This document shows, one piece after another, positions 7,096 through 15,280 of a stretch of 25,527 nucleotides of DNA. Positions within the stretch are counted from its first letter, which is position 1. Each line of letters begins with the position of its first letter. The notes below the pieces were generated by a model that searched no databases, was not told the origin of the DNA, and saw only the letters and a list, made by a program, of their open reading frames with translations. The position numbers and the translations under genes were made by a program. The stretch lies in the IMG/VR virus record IMGVR_UViG_3300010357_000632. The stretch is one strand, 5' to 3'. Origin of the DNA: a virus.

Positions 7096-8879
7096 GCTAC
7101 CTCACCAATAAGGGATCTCCCCTGTACCGCTCGCTGGATCGGAGATGACCCGACCACGGCCTCAAAGACGATTACCTGCGCACTGTCCAGACCCACATCA
7201 CCGACTGTTATATCGGCAGTGCCTACAATCTCGACGGTGCCCTCCGATTCCAGGGTAACAACGCCGATGGTACGGTTGAGCGAGCCTGTGATGGCATCTG
7301 CTCCACCGTTTGCCTCCACAGTAACCGCGGGAACCTGAATATTGGCTTGCCCGGTGATTACTGGGGAGCCTTCGGCGTTGCAGTCGACAGGACCGATCTG
7401 GATATCTGCAGAGCCCTGGATTGCGCCACTATCATCTGCCGCGAGAACAACCGGCCCGATCTGGATATCGGCCTGCCCCGAAATGGGTAATTCACCCGCA
7501 GCCTCCAGGGCCACAGCCTCGATCTGAGTTGCCAGCTCCCCAGAAATGGGGACGTTTCCCGCCGCCTCCATTGTGATGGGTGCAACTTGCAGAGATGTCT
7601 CGCCGGTAATACCGACCGTGCCTTCCGCATTACAAGTGACTGCGGGTATCTGGATATTGGCCTGACCTGTAGTGGACCCAGCGCTTCCTTCGGCTTCGAT
7701 GGCAATTACTGGGATCTGGATATCGGCCTGGCCGGTGATAGGCACATCACCAACAGCCTCCAGGCCAACTGCCGGAAGGTCGATATCGGCCTCGCCGGAG
7801 ATCTCCACAGATCCCTCTGCAGATATGCCCACTGCTGGAATCTGGATGCTCGCTTCGCCGGTAATAGCACCAGAACCCCCCTCTGCTTCGCAGGTGACGG
7901 CTCCGATTTGGATATCGGCCTCGCCGGATATGGGCAGCTCGCCGGTGGCTTCCAGGGTGGCTGGTTCAATCTGAAGAGATGTCTCGCCGGTAATACCGAC
8001 CGTGCCTTCCGCATTACAAGTGACTGCGGGTATCTGGATATTGGCCTGACCTGTAGTGGACCCAGCGCTTCCTTCGGCTTCGATGGCAATTACTGGGATC
8101 TGGATATCGGCCTGGCCGGTGATAGGCACATCACCAACAGCCTCCAGGCCAACTGCCGGAAGGTCGATATCGGCCTCGCCGGAGATCTCCACAGATCCCT
8201 CTGCAGATATGCCCACTGCTGGAATCTGGATGCTCGCTTCGCCGGTAATAGCACCAGAACCCCCCTCTGCTTCGCAGGTGACGGCTCCGATTTGGATATC
8301 GGCCTCGCCGGATATGGGCAGCTCGCCGGTGGCTTCCAGGGTGGCTGGTTCAATCTGAAGAGATGTCTCGCCGGTAATACCGACCGTGCCTTCCGCATTA
8401 CAAGTGACTGCGGGTATCTGGATATTGGCCTGACCTGTTGTGCCCTCCGATTCTCCAGCAGCGCTTAAGACGACCGCGCCTATTTGTGCATCGACCGCGC
8501 CAGTAATCGGAGATGTGCCCGCCGCTGCAAGGCTGACCTCGCCCACCTGGGCAGCCATAGAGCCGATTAAGGGCAGCTCTCCGACGCCCTCTAGGGAGAT
8601 ATTGCCAATGCTGGCCGAAAGCTCGCCCGTGATCTGTGGCGCTCCTGCGGCTGTAAGGGCAACAGCACCAATCTGAGATGCTGTTTCTCCCTCGATTTCC
8701 ACCGTGCCGGCTGCAGTCAGACCTACCGCACCGATCTGGGCCGAGGCTTCGCCTTCGACCTCTACCGTTCCGGCGGCTTCGCAGGTGACTGCGGGGATGG
8801 TGATAGATGCCGTTCCCTCGATGATAGAATCCTCTTCCGTCGTCGGCCAGCCGAAGAACCAGATTGCAGACATAATCAC
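7092..8879 (-). CDS. Repeat-rich acidic fibre/appendage protein with about 26 repeats of 21-22 aa
   Basis: Repeat consensus I[TS]G.A.IQI.AV.L.A.G..., running from about aa 19 to 575. Confidence 0.8.
   Translation of the reverse strand: MIMSAIWFFGWPTTEEDSIIEGTASITIPAVTCEAAGTVEVEGEASAQIGAVGLTAAGTVEIEGETASQIGAVALTAAGAPQITGELSASIGNISLEGVGELPLIGSMAAQVGEVSLAAAGTSPITGAVDAQIGAVVLSAAGESEGTTGQANIQIPAVTCNAEGTVGITGETSLQIEPATLEATGELPISGEADIQIGAVTCEAEGGSGAITGEASIQIPAVGISAEGSVEISGEADIDLPAVGLEAVGDVPITGQADIQIPVIAIEAEGSAGSTTGQANIQIPAVTCNAEGTVGITGETSLQIEPATLEATGELPISGEADIQIGAVTCEAEGGSGAITGEASIQIPAVGISAEGSVEISGEADIDLPAVGLEAVGDVPITGQADIQIPVIAIEAEGSAGSTTGQANIQIPAVTCNAEGTVGITGETSLQVAPITMEAAGNVPISGELATQIEAVALEAAGELPISGQADIQIGPVVLAADDSGAIQGSADIQIGPVDCNAEGSPVITGQANIQVPAVTVEANGGADAITGSLNRTIGVVTLESEGTVEIVGTADITVGDVGLDSAQVIVFEAVVGSSPIQRAVQGRSLIGEVA
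7591..8438. repeat. Perfect tandem duplication, period 384 bp (about 2.2 copies)
   Basis: AGAGATGTCTCGCCGGTAATACCG... recurs at 7591, 7975 and 8359. The copies read identical by eye and give identical shadow ORFs (7672..7974 = 8056..8358). Confidence 0.95.
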
Positions 8880-9553
8880 CTATCTCTGATCTGTCTCAAT
8901 ACCTTATGACATTCAGGAGGCAGCTGTCCGGTTATGCCGCGCCGCTTGCATTCCATCAGACAGGTTGTAGCCTGCCCAACGATATTTGTCACTGCCCCGA
9001 TATCATTAGTTTTACCTTTGATCAGGCTCGCCTCCCGGCAATACCTAACCGTGAGATGGATTAGCTCATCGGTGTCCTTGTTCTTTGTATCAAATGATCC
9101 ATCATCCAGGCCGCTCTTTATCTCAGACCACATCTTAAGTTCTCTTATACGGTCCTTGGCCTGGATTTTCATTCCCTCGATTTCGAAGAGGAGTCTGTCC
9201 CGTTTGACCTCCAGCCGCTGTTTTTCGTAGCCCTCGGACCCCTCCAGCTTCTCCAGAGTCTCGGCAAGGTCGATTTGCTTTTCCCGGTAGTCAAATGATA
9301 GAAGGATGGTCTGTTCGTAGAAAACTAGCTGCTCCCTGGTAGCTTGATGATACTTTGAAGCTGGAGTGGGAAACTTGATATTGTTCAGCACCGAGAAGTT
9401 GGCCTCTGTGAACGTCCGCCAGACCACTTGATTGTCCCATGCCTCAGAAATTTCTTCCCGGAGGCTGGCTAGATCCTGGGACTGTTCCTCAGTAAACAGC
9501 CCCGAAGAATCAACTACAGCGGGCAACTTATCAGTGTATTGAAGCATCGGCAT
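8876..9553 (-). CDS. Hypothetical coiled-coil phage protein
   Basis: Start moved to MPMLQY (9553), which has GGAGG upstream and reduces the overlap with the upstream gene to 23 bp; long helical segment. Confidence 0.7.
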   Translation of the reverse strand: MPMLQYTDKLPAVVDSSGLFTEEQSQDLASLREEISEAWDNQVVWRTFTEANFSVLNNIKFPTPASKYHQATREQLVFYEQTILLSFDYREKQIDLAETLEKLEGSEGYEKQRLEVKRDRLLFEIEGMKIQAKDRIRELKMWSEIKSGLDDGSFDTKNKDTDELIHLTVRYCREASLIKGKTNDIGAVTNIVGQATTCLMECKRRGITGQLPPECHKVLRQIRDR

Positions 9554-11315
9554 AACCGGTCCTCCATACCCAACTGGCAGTTCTCGCACTAATATACATC
9601 CGGTACGAGTCATCCTCCATTTTTGTGAGGCAACTCAGATATACTTGTGCATTCCCCCATCCGGTAAATTCATTCAAAATGGCGACAGTATCAAACATGA
9701 TAGGGGCATCCATAGAATCTGCATATGCCCAGTACAGATCAGTTTGCCCATTGTTCCCACCCGTGGGATAGGCACAAACTAAAAATATATATTTATCTCC
9801 AAACTTATTCACTGAGATGTGCCAGGGGATTAGTGTATTTTTTGTTCTTAATCCATCAGAAATATTGTAAAACTCCGGGAATGTTTGGCCGCTCCATACC
9901 AACCCATCTGTTGATACCCATTTTTGAAGTTTTACATCTTTGTCCAAAAACCACATTACCCAATCGCCAGATCCATTACGATACACACAAGGCGACCATC
10001 CAACCGCCGTATCTGGAGTACACAATACTTTAGTGCCCACTGTCAAAGGATCTTCGGTTATGGGAAATCTGTATATATTTATTACACCAGAAGATAAATA
10101 TTCTACATAATATAAATACAATACAGATGCATCATTATCCCAAACCAGACAGCAATCGCAGTTATGATGACTTGGCATCGGAGCAAGCGGATTTGTTATG
10201 CCGCTTGGAACTTCCCAGGTTATTCCATCATTTGATGCAAGTAATGACGGATTCTCATAATCGTCATTACCGCCCGGATATGGTGTTATACCCATCCAAT
10301 ATTTGTATCCGGCGAAACCTCCATCAATATAAACAACAGACGGATGAACAGTTTGACCACTTCCATCATACGTTGGGGTGGTCAATACCGTAGGCGGACT
10401 CCATAGTAATTTTGGTTTGAACCGTGTTATTCGGCCACTAGAACTTTGTCTATTCTCAGATAATATTCTAGTTATTTCTTCCAGCGATGTCGTCCACGCA
10501 TAAGTTTCAACGGTTTGCACTATCTTGGTCGTATAACCAGCTATACTAATTCCAGAACCAGACGATCCCGTAGCACTCGCCCCGCCGCTAACTAATCTCC
10601 TGGTGGTGTTTAAATTTCCACCTGTTGCCCAACTGGTGCCGTCATATTCTTCAGTACTATTCATGATCGACGGGCCACGCCCACCGAATGCAACTGCGTA
10701 TGAAGAGCATCCACCACAACCATGCTCATAACGAGCTGTGGACAAACTGTTTTTATTTGTCCATGAAGACCCATTATACACTTCGCATGTAGACTGATAA
10801 GTAGTGCTGTTCAATCCACATGTAGAAATAGCATCAGAACTATCTCCACCAGATGCCGGTGATAAAACGGCGAATGTATATGTGGCAGCATTCGCCCAGG
10901 TGGACCCATTGAATGATTCTACTGAATCTAGTTTCCCACCGGTGTTGGCACCACCAAGAGTGATCGCATCAGCCGAATCCCCAGATGTACTATGGCTCCA
11001 CCTGATCACAGACATATCACCGACCCAGGACCATGATGTGCCATTATACGTCATCGCATTTTTTAGGCCCACCGAACCAGTATGACCTCCAGTAACCACG
11101 GCATCACTAGCATTTCCAGCATCTCCTGATGCACATCTCGTCCTCACGCTTAAGAGGTTTCCACCAGCACTCCAAGCAGATCCATTCCATTCTCGACATG
11201 TGGCATTGGCAGTAGCACCACCACCCGCCGCAAACGCACTGGCTTGACTTCCACCTGCGTTCGGCTGATAAGTAGCATATCCGACGTTCGACCCCGCACT
11301 CCAAGTTCCAGCCAT
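9531..11315 (-). CDS. Two-domain protein: six Kelch-like repeats plus a C-terminal five-bladed-propeller glycosidase-like domain; candidate receptor-binding/depolymerase protein
   Basis: Six W..GG.L...R.....GG.....E.YNGS/T repeats (aa 1 to about 275). The C-terminus has HPSV...YKYWMGITPYPGGNDDYENPSLLASNDGITW, WSPCV and PWHISV motifs. AT-rich. Confidence 0.75.
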   Translation of the reverse strand: MAGTWSAGSNVGYATYQPNAGGSQASAFAAGGGATANATCREWNGSAWSAGGNLLSVRTRCASGDAGNASDAVVTGGHTGSVGLKNAMTYNGTSWSWVGDMSVIRWSHSTSGDSADAITLGGANTGGKLDSVESFNGSTWANAATYTFAVLSPASGGDSSDAISTCGLNSTTYQSTCEVYNGSSWTNKNSLSTARYEHGCGGCSSYAVAFGGRGPSIMNSTEEYDGTSWATGGNLNTTRRLVSGGASATGSSGSGISIAGYTTKIVQTVETYAWTTSLEEITRILSENRQSSSGRITRFKPKLLWSPPTVLTTPTYDGSGQTVHPSVVYIDGGFAGYKYWMGITPYPGGNDDYENPSLLASNDGITWEVPSGITNPLAPMPSHHNCDCCLVWDNDASVLYLYYVEYLSSGVINIYRFPITEDPLTVGTKVLCTPDTAVGWSPCVYRNGSGDWVMWFLDKDVKLQKWVSTDGLVWSGQTFPEFYNISDGLRTKNTLIPWHISVNKFGDKYIFLVCAYPTGGNNGQTDLYWAYADSMDAPIMFDTVAILNEFTGWGNAQVYLSCLTKMEDDSYRMYISARTASWVWRTGYADASIH

Positions 11316-11321
11316 TCAAAA

Positions 11322-12155
11322 TCACCTATTGAATGGCACGACCTCAACAGTACAACTCGTGCCATCGGTGTCTTCAGTTGCCACAATCTTTGCGTACGGA
11401 GCACCGCATGGCCACATAATCACCCTGGTGGTATCTTGGAGCTGAACTGAGCACGCATTAGCACCATCATACAGATCCATAAAGGTTCCGCCGCTGTTGG
11501 CAGCCCCCTGAAGCTTTACAGTCCAGTTGTAAGCTCCGGCCACGGTGATGAACACTGTTATGTAATTGTGCCCACTCATATTTATTTCGTTAGAAGTGGT
11601 AGTAGCCGTTACTGCACTCAATCCAAGAGTTGCAGCAGTGATGCGAGAACCTTTCCCCATCTTATCGACATCGATGGAGTCATTGCCGGAGTCCAGGACC
11701 TCAGCAAAATGACAAGACACATGCAACCTGCCAAGAGCATCCACCTCAAGAGGTGCATAGTCTCCAGCAGTTCCAGCTATGGCTTCAGCGGTATCCTTTC
11801 GCACAGCCAGGATCTGGATACCAGGATCTCCTGTTGTGTGGGCCGCATCCTCGGCTTTGGACAGGGCCGCTATTGTGGCGGAGTTGGGATCGAGAACATG
11901 GAGGCGGCCATTGGCATCGACTATGAGAGGGATGTAATCTCCGTCCGTGTCAGCCAGCGCAGCGGCGGTATCCTTTCGGACCGCCAGCAGCATCAGGCCC
12001 GTATCGCTTGATACATGGGCCACATCCTCGGTTCGCTCCGCGTCTAGGACGATGATAGACGCATTGACCAGATTCGGGCTGGCCTCCACTTGTTTGGAGG
12101 CGGCCTTAAAAGCGGTTCCGTTTGCGTCTTTCAACTCCACATAGTCGTATGCCAT
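11322..12155 (-). CDS. Virion appendage protein with two ~47-aa internal repeats
   Basis: EDVAHVSSDTGLMLLAVRKDTAAALADTDGDYIPLIVDANGRLHV versus EDAAHTTGDPGIQILAVRKDTAEAIAGTAGDYAPLEVDALGRLHV. Confidence 0.7.
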   Translation of the reverse strand: MAYDYVELKDANGTAFKAASKQVEASPNLVNASIIVLDAERTEDVAHVSSDTGLMLLAVRKDTAAALADTDGDYIPLIVDANGRLHVLDPNSATIAALSKAEDAAHTTGDPGIQILAVRKDTAEAIAGTAGDYAPLEVDALGRLHVSCHFAEVLDSGNDSIDVDKMGKGSRITAATLGLSAVTATTTSNEINMSGHNYITVFITVAGAYNWTVKLQGAANSGGTFMDLYDGANACSVQLQDTTRVIMWPCGAPYAKIVATEDTDGTSCTVEVVPFNR

Positions 12156-12167
12156 TTCACTACCCCC

Positions 12168-12575
12168 CTATGCTCCCGGTGCCGTCAGGGTAAAGCTGGT
12201 GATGGTGATTGGCTGGCCCACTGCGATGTTGGTGTTCACCAGGGTCAGGTCGCCGCCGCCACCCGTCGCCGTGATGGTGCCCTGTGCGACACAGGTGGTG
12301 CCATCGGACTTGTAGAGTCTCCAATGGGCTGCTGTGCCGGCTGCGTCGGCGCTTGCGTCTTCCCAGGTTCCGGCCTTGGCCTTGCTGCCATTCGCTGCCG
12401 CGGCCATCCAGTCAGATGGAAGGCTCAGAGTTGCCAGGACTGTCCCAGCGTCTGCTGTATCACAGTCTGCCGGAGCCGCGCCCGTCCTGATCTTCAATAC
12501 GGCGCTGGTGCCTGCGTAGGTTTCCAGCGCATCGAGGAACGCATTCCTCGTCAGTTTCGAGAATTGTATTGCCAT
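12168..12575 (-). CDS. Small beta-rich phage structural (fibre-subunit-like) protein
   Basis: 135 aa, A/T/G-rich; resembles a conserved hypothetical family of bacterial phages (RNA.LDA.E...G.SAVLKIRTGA.PA.C...GTVLATL.LPSDWM), recognised from memory. Confidence 0.7.
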   Translation of the reverse strand: MAIQFSKLTRNAFLDALETYAGTSAVLKIRTGAAPADCDTADAGTVLATLSLPSDWMAAAANGSKAKAGTWEDASADAAGTAAHWRLYKSDGTTCVAQGTITATGGGGDLTLVNTNIAVGQPITITSFTLTAPGA

Positions 12576-12584
12576 GATTACCTC

Positions 12585-13211
12585 CTAATAGAGCACCCAG
12601 ATCTTGGTGATATGCCCGCCCGGTGCCGTGGCGGTGTCGATGGTGTTCTGAGCCAACACCGTTGAGGATACCGTTACTGCAGGAGCCGTGGCCTCTCTTG
12701 CACCGTTGACTGAACAATAGACCACTGGGTTGACTGCGAACTTCTTGTTCAGAGCTAGCTTGTCAGCCGTGCCGATATCTACGGTCCGAGTGGTGCCTGA
12801 TGTGGTGGCATCGATCCGTGTCACGTTCTTGAATGCCTTAGTCGTGGTCTGGGCATCGGAGGATGCTGAGAAGGTCAGGTTTTCGGTAATGACCGCTCCC
12901 GAGATGTCCAACCCGGTGAACTTGATCTCGGTTGTGACTGCGCCTGATGGAGTCACTATGAGGCATCGGGGGACATCCGGATCATCGAGGAAGTTCGAAG
13001 ATCCGACGCCAGTAGACCTTATCAGCAGTTTGGTGGTCGAGTTCAGGCTGGCGTCGTTCACGATCTGGTCGGTGTCGCTGGTTTCGGCTGCTGGGATGGT
13101 GATAACAGCTCCCACCAGGTTCTTGTTGTAGACTCCGGCCACGTCCGAAGATGCGGCACTGGCGGCACCCATCAGAGCGAGCAGCACCAGCAGAATGGCT
13201 ATGAATCTCAT
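12585..13211 (-). CDS. Putative structural protein with an N-terminal signal peptide
   Basis: MRFIAILLVLLALMGAASA-A; T-rich beta body with DVPRCLIVT and TTKAFKNVTRI; three N-x-T sequons. Confidence 0.7.
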   Translation of the reverse strand: MRFIAILLVLLALMGAASAASSDVAGVYNKNLVGAVITIPAAETSDTDQIVNDASLNSTTKLLIRSTGVGSSNFLDDPDVPRCLIVTPSGAVTTEIKFTGLDISGAVITENLTFSASSDAQTTTKAFKNVTRIDATTSGTTRTVDIGTADKLALNKKFAVNPVVYCSVNGAREATAPAVTVSSTVLAQNTIDTATAPGGHITKIWVLY

Positions 13212-13588
13212 TTCAGTGGCCTCCAGAGTAGCCAGATAGTACCGGCACCTGCCGTGGTCGATGCACCGACGGCCAGCTTGATTGCGGTGGCGGTGGCGAA
13301 CGGGATGTTCAGGGCGATAGGATCATGCATGCCTGCCGTCTTGGGGAAGTCGTCGTTCTCTATGTAGGCATCCGGGTCCGAAGCATCCCCGAGGGTTAGC
13401 GTGTCGTTAAAGCCTGTGGCGATGTTGACCACGGCGTACTCCAGGATGCTGTTGCCGGGCACGGTTCCTATCTTGAAACTGCCGGGCGTATCGTCAAAGA
13501 CCAGTTTGGCCTGGTTGGCGTAGAGCTTGTCTGCCATCAGGTTATCGGCCTTGACTGGCCCCCAGATGCGGTCTACTCTATGAGTCAA
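13208..13588 (-). CDS. Putative capsid-associated structural protein (126 aa)
   Basis: GAGGTG RBS; position directly after the capsid genes; beta-sandwich-like pattern. Confidence 0.65.
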   Translation of the reverse strand: MTHRVDRIWGPVKADNLMADKLYANQAKLVFDDTPGSFKIGTVPGNSILEYAVVNIATGFNDTLTLGDASDPDAYIENDDFPKTAGMHDPIALNIPFATATAIKLAVGASTTAGAGTIWLLWRPLK

Positions 13589-13784
13589 TTGGTGTCACCT
13601 CCTCGGGTATAGCCACTATAGCTCCTGAGTTGATCAGGACTTCAATGGTACTTTGTCGCTTCGTCTCGGGCCTGACAGCCATCTTAGCGGCATCTTTCGG
13701 GCTGATGATAGAGCCCCGCGTGAACTTGCGCAGGGCTTTGCCATCATGCCTTTCGAATGCTCGCACCACTTTGTAGCGAGTCAT
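13578..13784 (-). CDS. Hypothetical protein (68 aa)
   Basis: Start moved to MTRYKVV (13784), with GGCGGT upstream, just after the MCP stop. Confidence 0.65.
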   Translation of the reverse strand: MTRYKVVRAFERHDGKALRKFTRGSIISPKDAAKMAVRPETKRQSTIEVLINSGAIVAIPEEVTPIDS

Positions 13785-13795
13785 CGTTACCGCCT

Positions 13796-14848
13796 TCAGG
13801 CTACCACGTTCTTCATGAACATGCCTGCAGTTTTGGCCATTACCACCGGGCACCAGCACTGGAAGCCCTGGTAATAGGTTGTGTGGGTGTGCAGGTCGGG
13901 GACCTGAGAGAGGGCGGTATCGAATCCACCCAGAGGTTCGTTGAAGGACAGGTTCATGCCCGCTAGGGTAGTCAGAGGTCCGGGGGAGGTCACGTATCCC
14001 AGCCAGATGTGCTTACCGAATATCCAGTCAAGCGCGACAGTATCACCGGGAGCGGCGGTGTTGTACATGGCTTTAGCCACCAGAACGTTATCGATGTCCA
14101 GAGCCTGAGCTATCATCTGCTCGTTCAGCTTGGTGGGGACCTTGTCAGCACCCTGTGGGTTCCTGTAGAGACTGATCAGCTGGTTGTTGATCCTCAGCTC
14201 CTCGTATGCCTGCTCCCCTATGACCATGGTGTTGGGCAGGAGACCGCATGCCTTCTTAATGGCCAGCTTGCTGTCCTTGAATACGCCCAGGGGGTCAGAG
14301 TCTGCATCATTGAACTGCCTGATAGTCTCGCCTGTGGTGATCTCTCCAGGAGTCCAGGTCTCACCGCTGCCAGTTCCAGTGACATCGATTCCCCAAACAG
14401 ACTCCTTGAAGTAGCTGTTGGCGATGACCAGCTCCTTATTCAACTGGAGCACGTCAGTAACCATGTTGGTTGTCGCCTGCTCGATGGGGTAGCCCTGGTC
14501 GGCCACAAAGGGGATGTCGGCCATGAGGGGCATTTCGAAGGCATACCGTCGGCACACATACGAGCCGGGGGTATCTACCTTGAGTTCTCCCTGGGGCGGG
14601 ATGCTGCCGGGTCTCCACTCACCTGCCTTGTTGGTAAAGTGATTCTCCATAGCCCACTTGGGATAGAGACCGGCTATCTGGTTCACCGATATCATGGGGA
14701 ACCATTTATCAGCCACGAAGTTTGTGGGTTCCTGCCTGTAGGCGAGAGACCACTCCGATTCCAGCCGGGCTACGTGGATCTGTGAATAGTCCAGGCCCTT
14801 GTTAACCACCTGCTGGGCCAGGGATGCTATAGTTTCTTTGTAATCCAT
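13796..14848 (-). CDS. Major capsid protein (HK97 fold)
   Basis: 350 aa; IHV...AY.Q...FVAD..FP.ISV N-terminus and PNTMVIG...YEEL..N motif; position after scaffold and cement genes; GAGGTGA RBS. Confidence 0.9.
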   Translation of the reverse strand: MDYKETIASLAQQVVNKGLDYSQIHVARLESEWSLAYRQEPTNFVADKWFPMISVNQIAGLYPKWAMENHFTNKAGEWRPGSIPPQGELKVDTPGSYVCRRYAFEMPLMADIPFVADQGYPIEQATTNMVTDVLQLNKELVIANSYFKESVWGIDVTGTGSGETWTPGEITTGETIRQFNDADSDPLGVFKDSKLAIKKACGLLPNTMVIGEQAYEELRINNQLISLYRNPQGADKVPTKLNEQMIAQALDIDNVLVAKAMYNTAAPGDTVALDWIFGKHIWLGYVTSPGPLTTLAGMNLSFNEPLGGFDTALSQVPDLHTHTTYYQGFQCWCPVVMAKTAGMFMKNVVA

Positions 14849-14859
14849 GAATCATCACC

Positions 14860-15279
14860 TCAAATGTTCGCCTGGTACGTGAACAGTCTCACGGTAGCCG
14901 GGAGCCCCGCAGCAGCAGCGACTTCGCACTGTCCCACGATGATATCCTTGTTGGTGGGCGTGGCCTTGTCGCCGACACCACCAGTACCGACCTTCACCAG
15001 GTCACCTACTGCCAGACCCGCGCTCCCTGCCTTGACCAGTGCTTTACCTCTCCACTGGACCAGCGCGGTGATTGAGAAGTTGGTGGAAGTCGCGGTTTCC
15101 GTAGGCCTGTTGCACAGGACGCCTACCGGATGGCCGCTTGTGAATGCCTGTACTGTCCGGGCTCTTGTGGTGTCCAGCTGGACGAAACAGTACTCCAGAG
15201 CAGACATGTCACCGTCCGGATTGTAGGGGCTAATGTCTCCTGGAAGAGCTTCCCTGAAGGGGGCTGTCATGTCAGTCAC
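14860..15279 (-). CDS. Capsid cement/decoration protein (DUF2190-like)
   Basis: 139 aa directly upstream of the MCP; PVGVLCN, GKALVKAG...LAVGDLV and IVGQCEVAAAAG motifs. Confidence 0.7.
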   Translation of the reverse strand: MTDMTAPFREALPGDISPYNPDGDMSALEYCFVQLDTTRARTVQAFTSGHPVGVLCNRPTETATSTNFSITALVQWRGKALVKAGSAGLAVGDLVKVGTGGVGDKATPTNKDIIVGQCEVAAAAGLPATVRLFTYQANI

Positions 15280-15280
15280 T

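Noticed and set aside
7591-8438. Repeat pair as a diversity-generating retroelement TR/VR
   Set aside because: The copies are identical, tandem and in-frame, with no adenine-specific differences, and there is no reverse transcriptase in the window.
7587-8468. 293-aa plus-strand ORF and other ORFs duplicated within the repeat
   Set aside because: Shadows of the repeat protein; their periodicity comes from the 384-bp duplication.
9531-9613. 83-bp overlap suggesting a frameshift between the Kelch/glycosidase gene and the next gene
   Set aside because: An internal ATG at 9553 with a GGAGG RBS reduces it to an ordinary 23-bp overlap.
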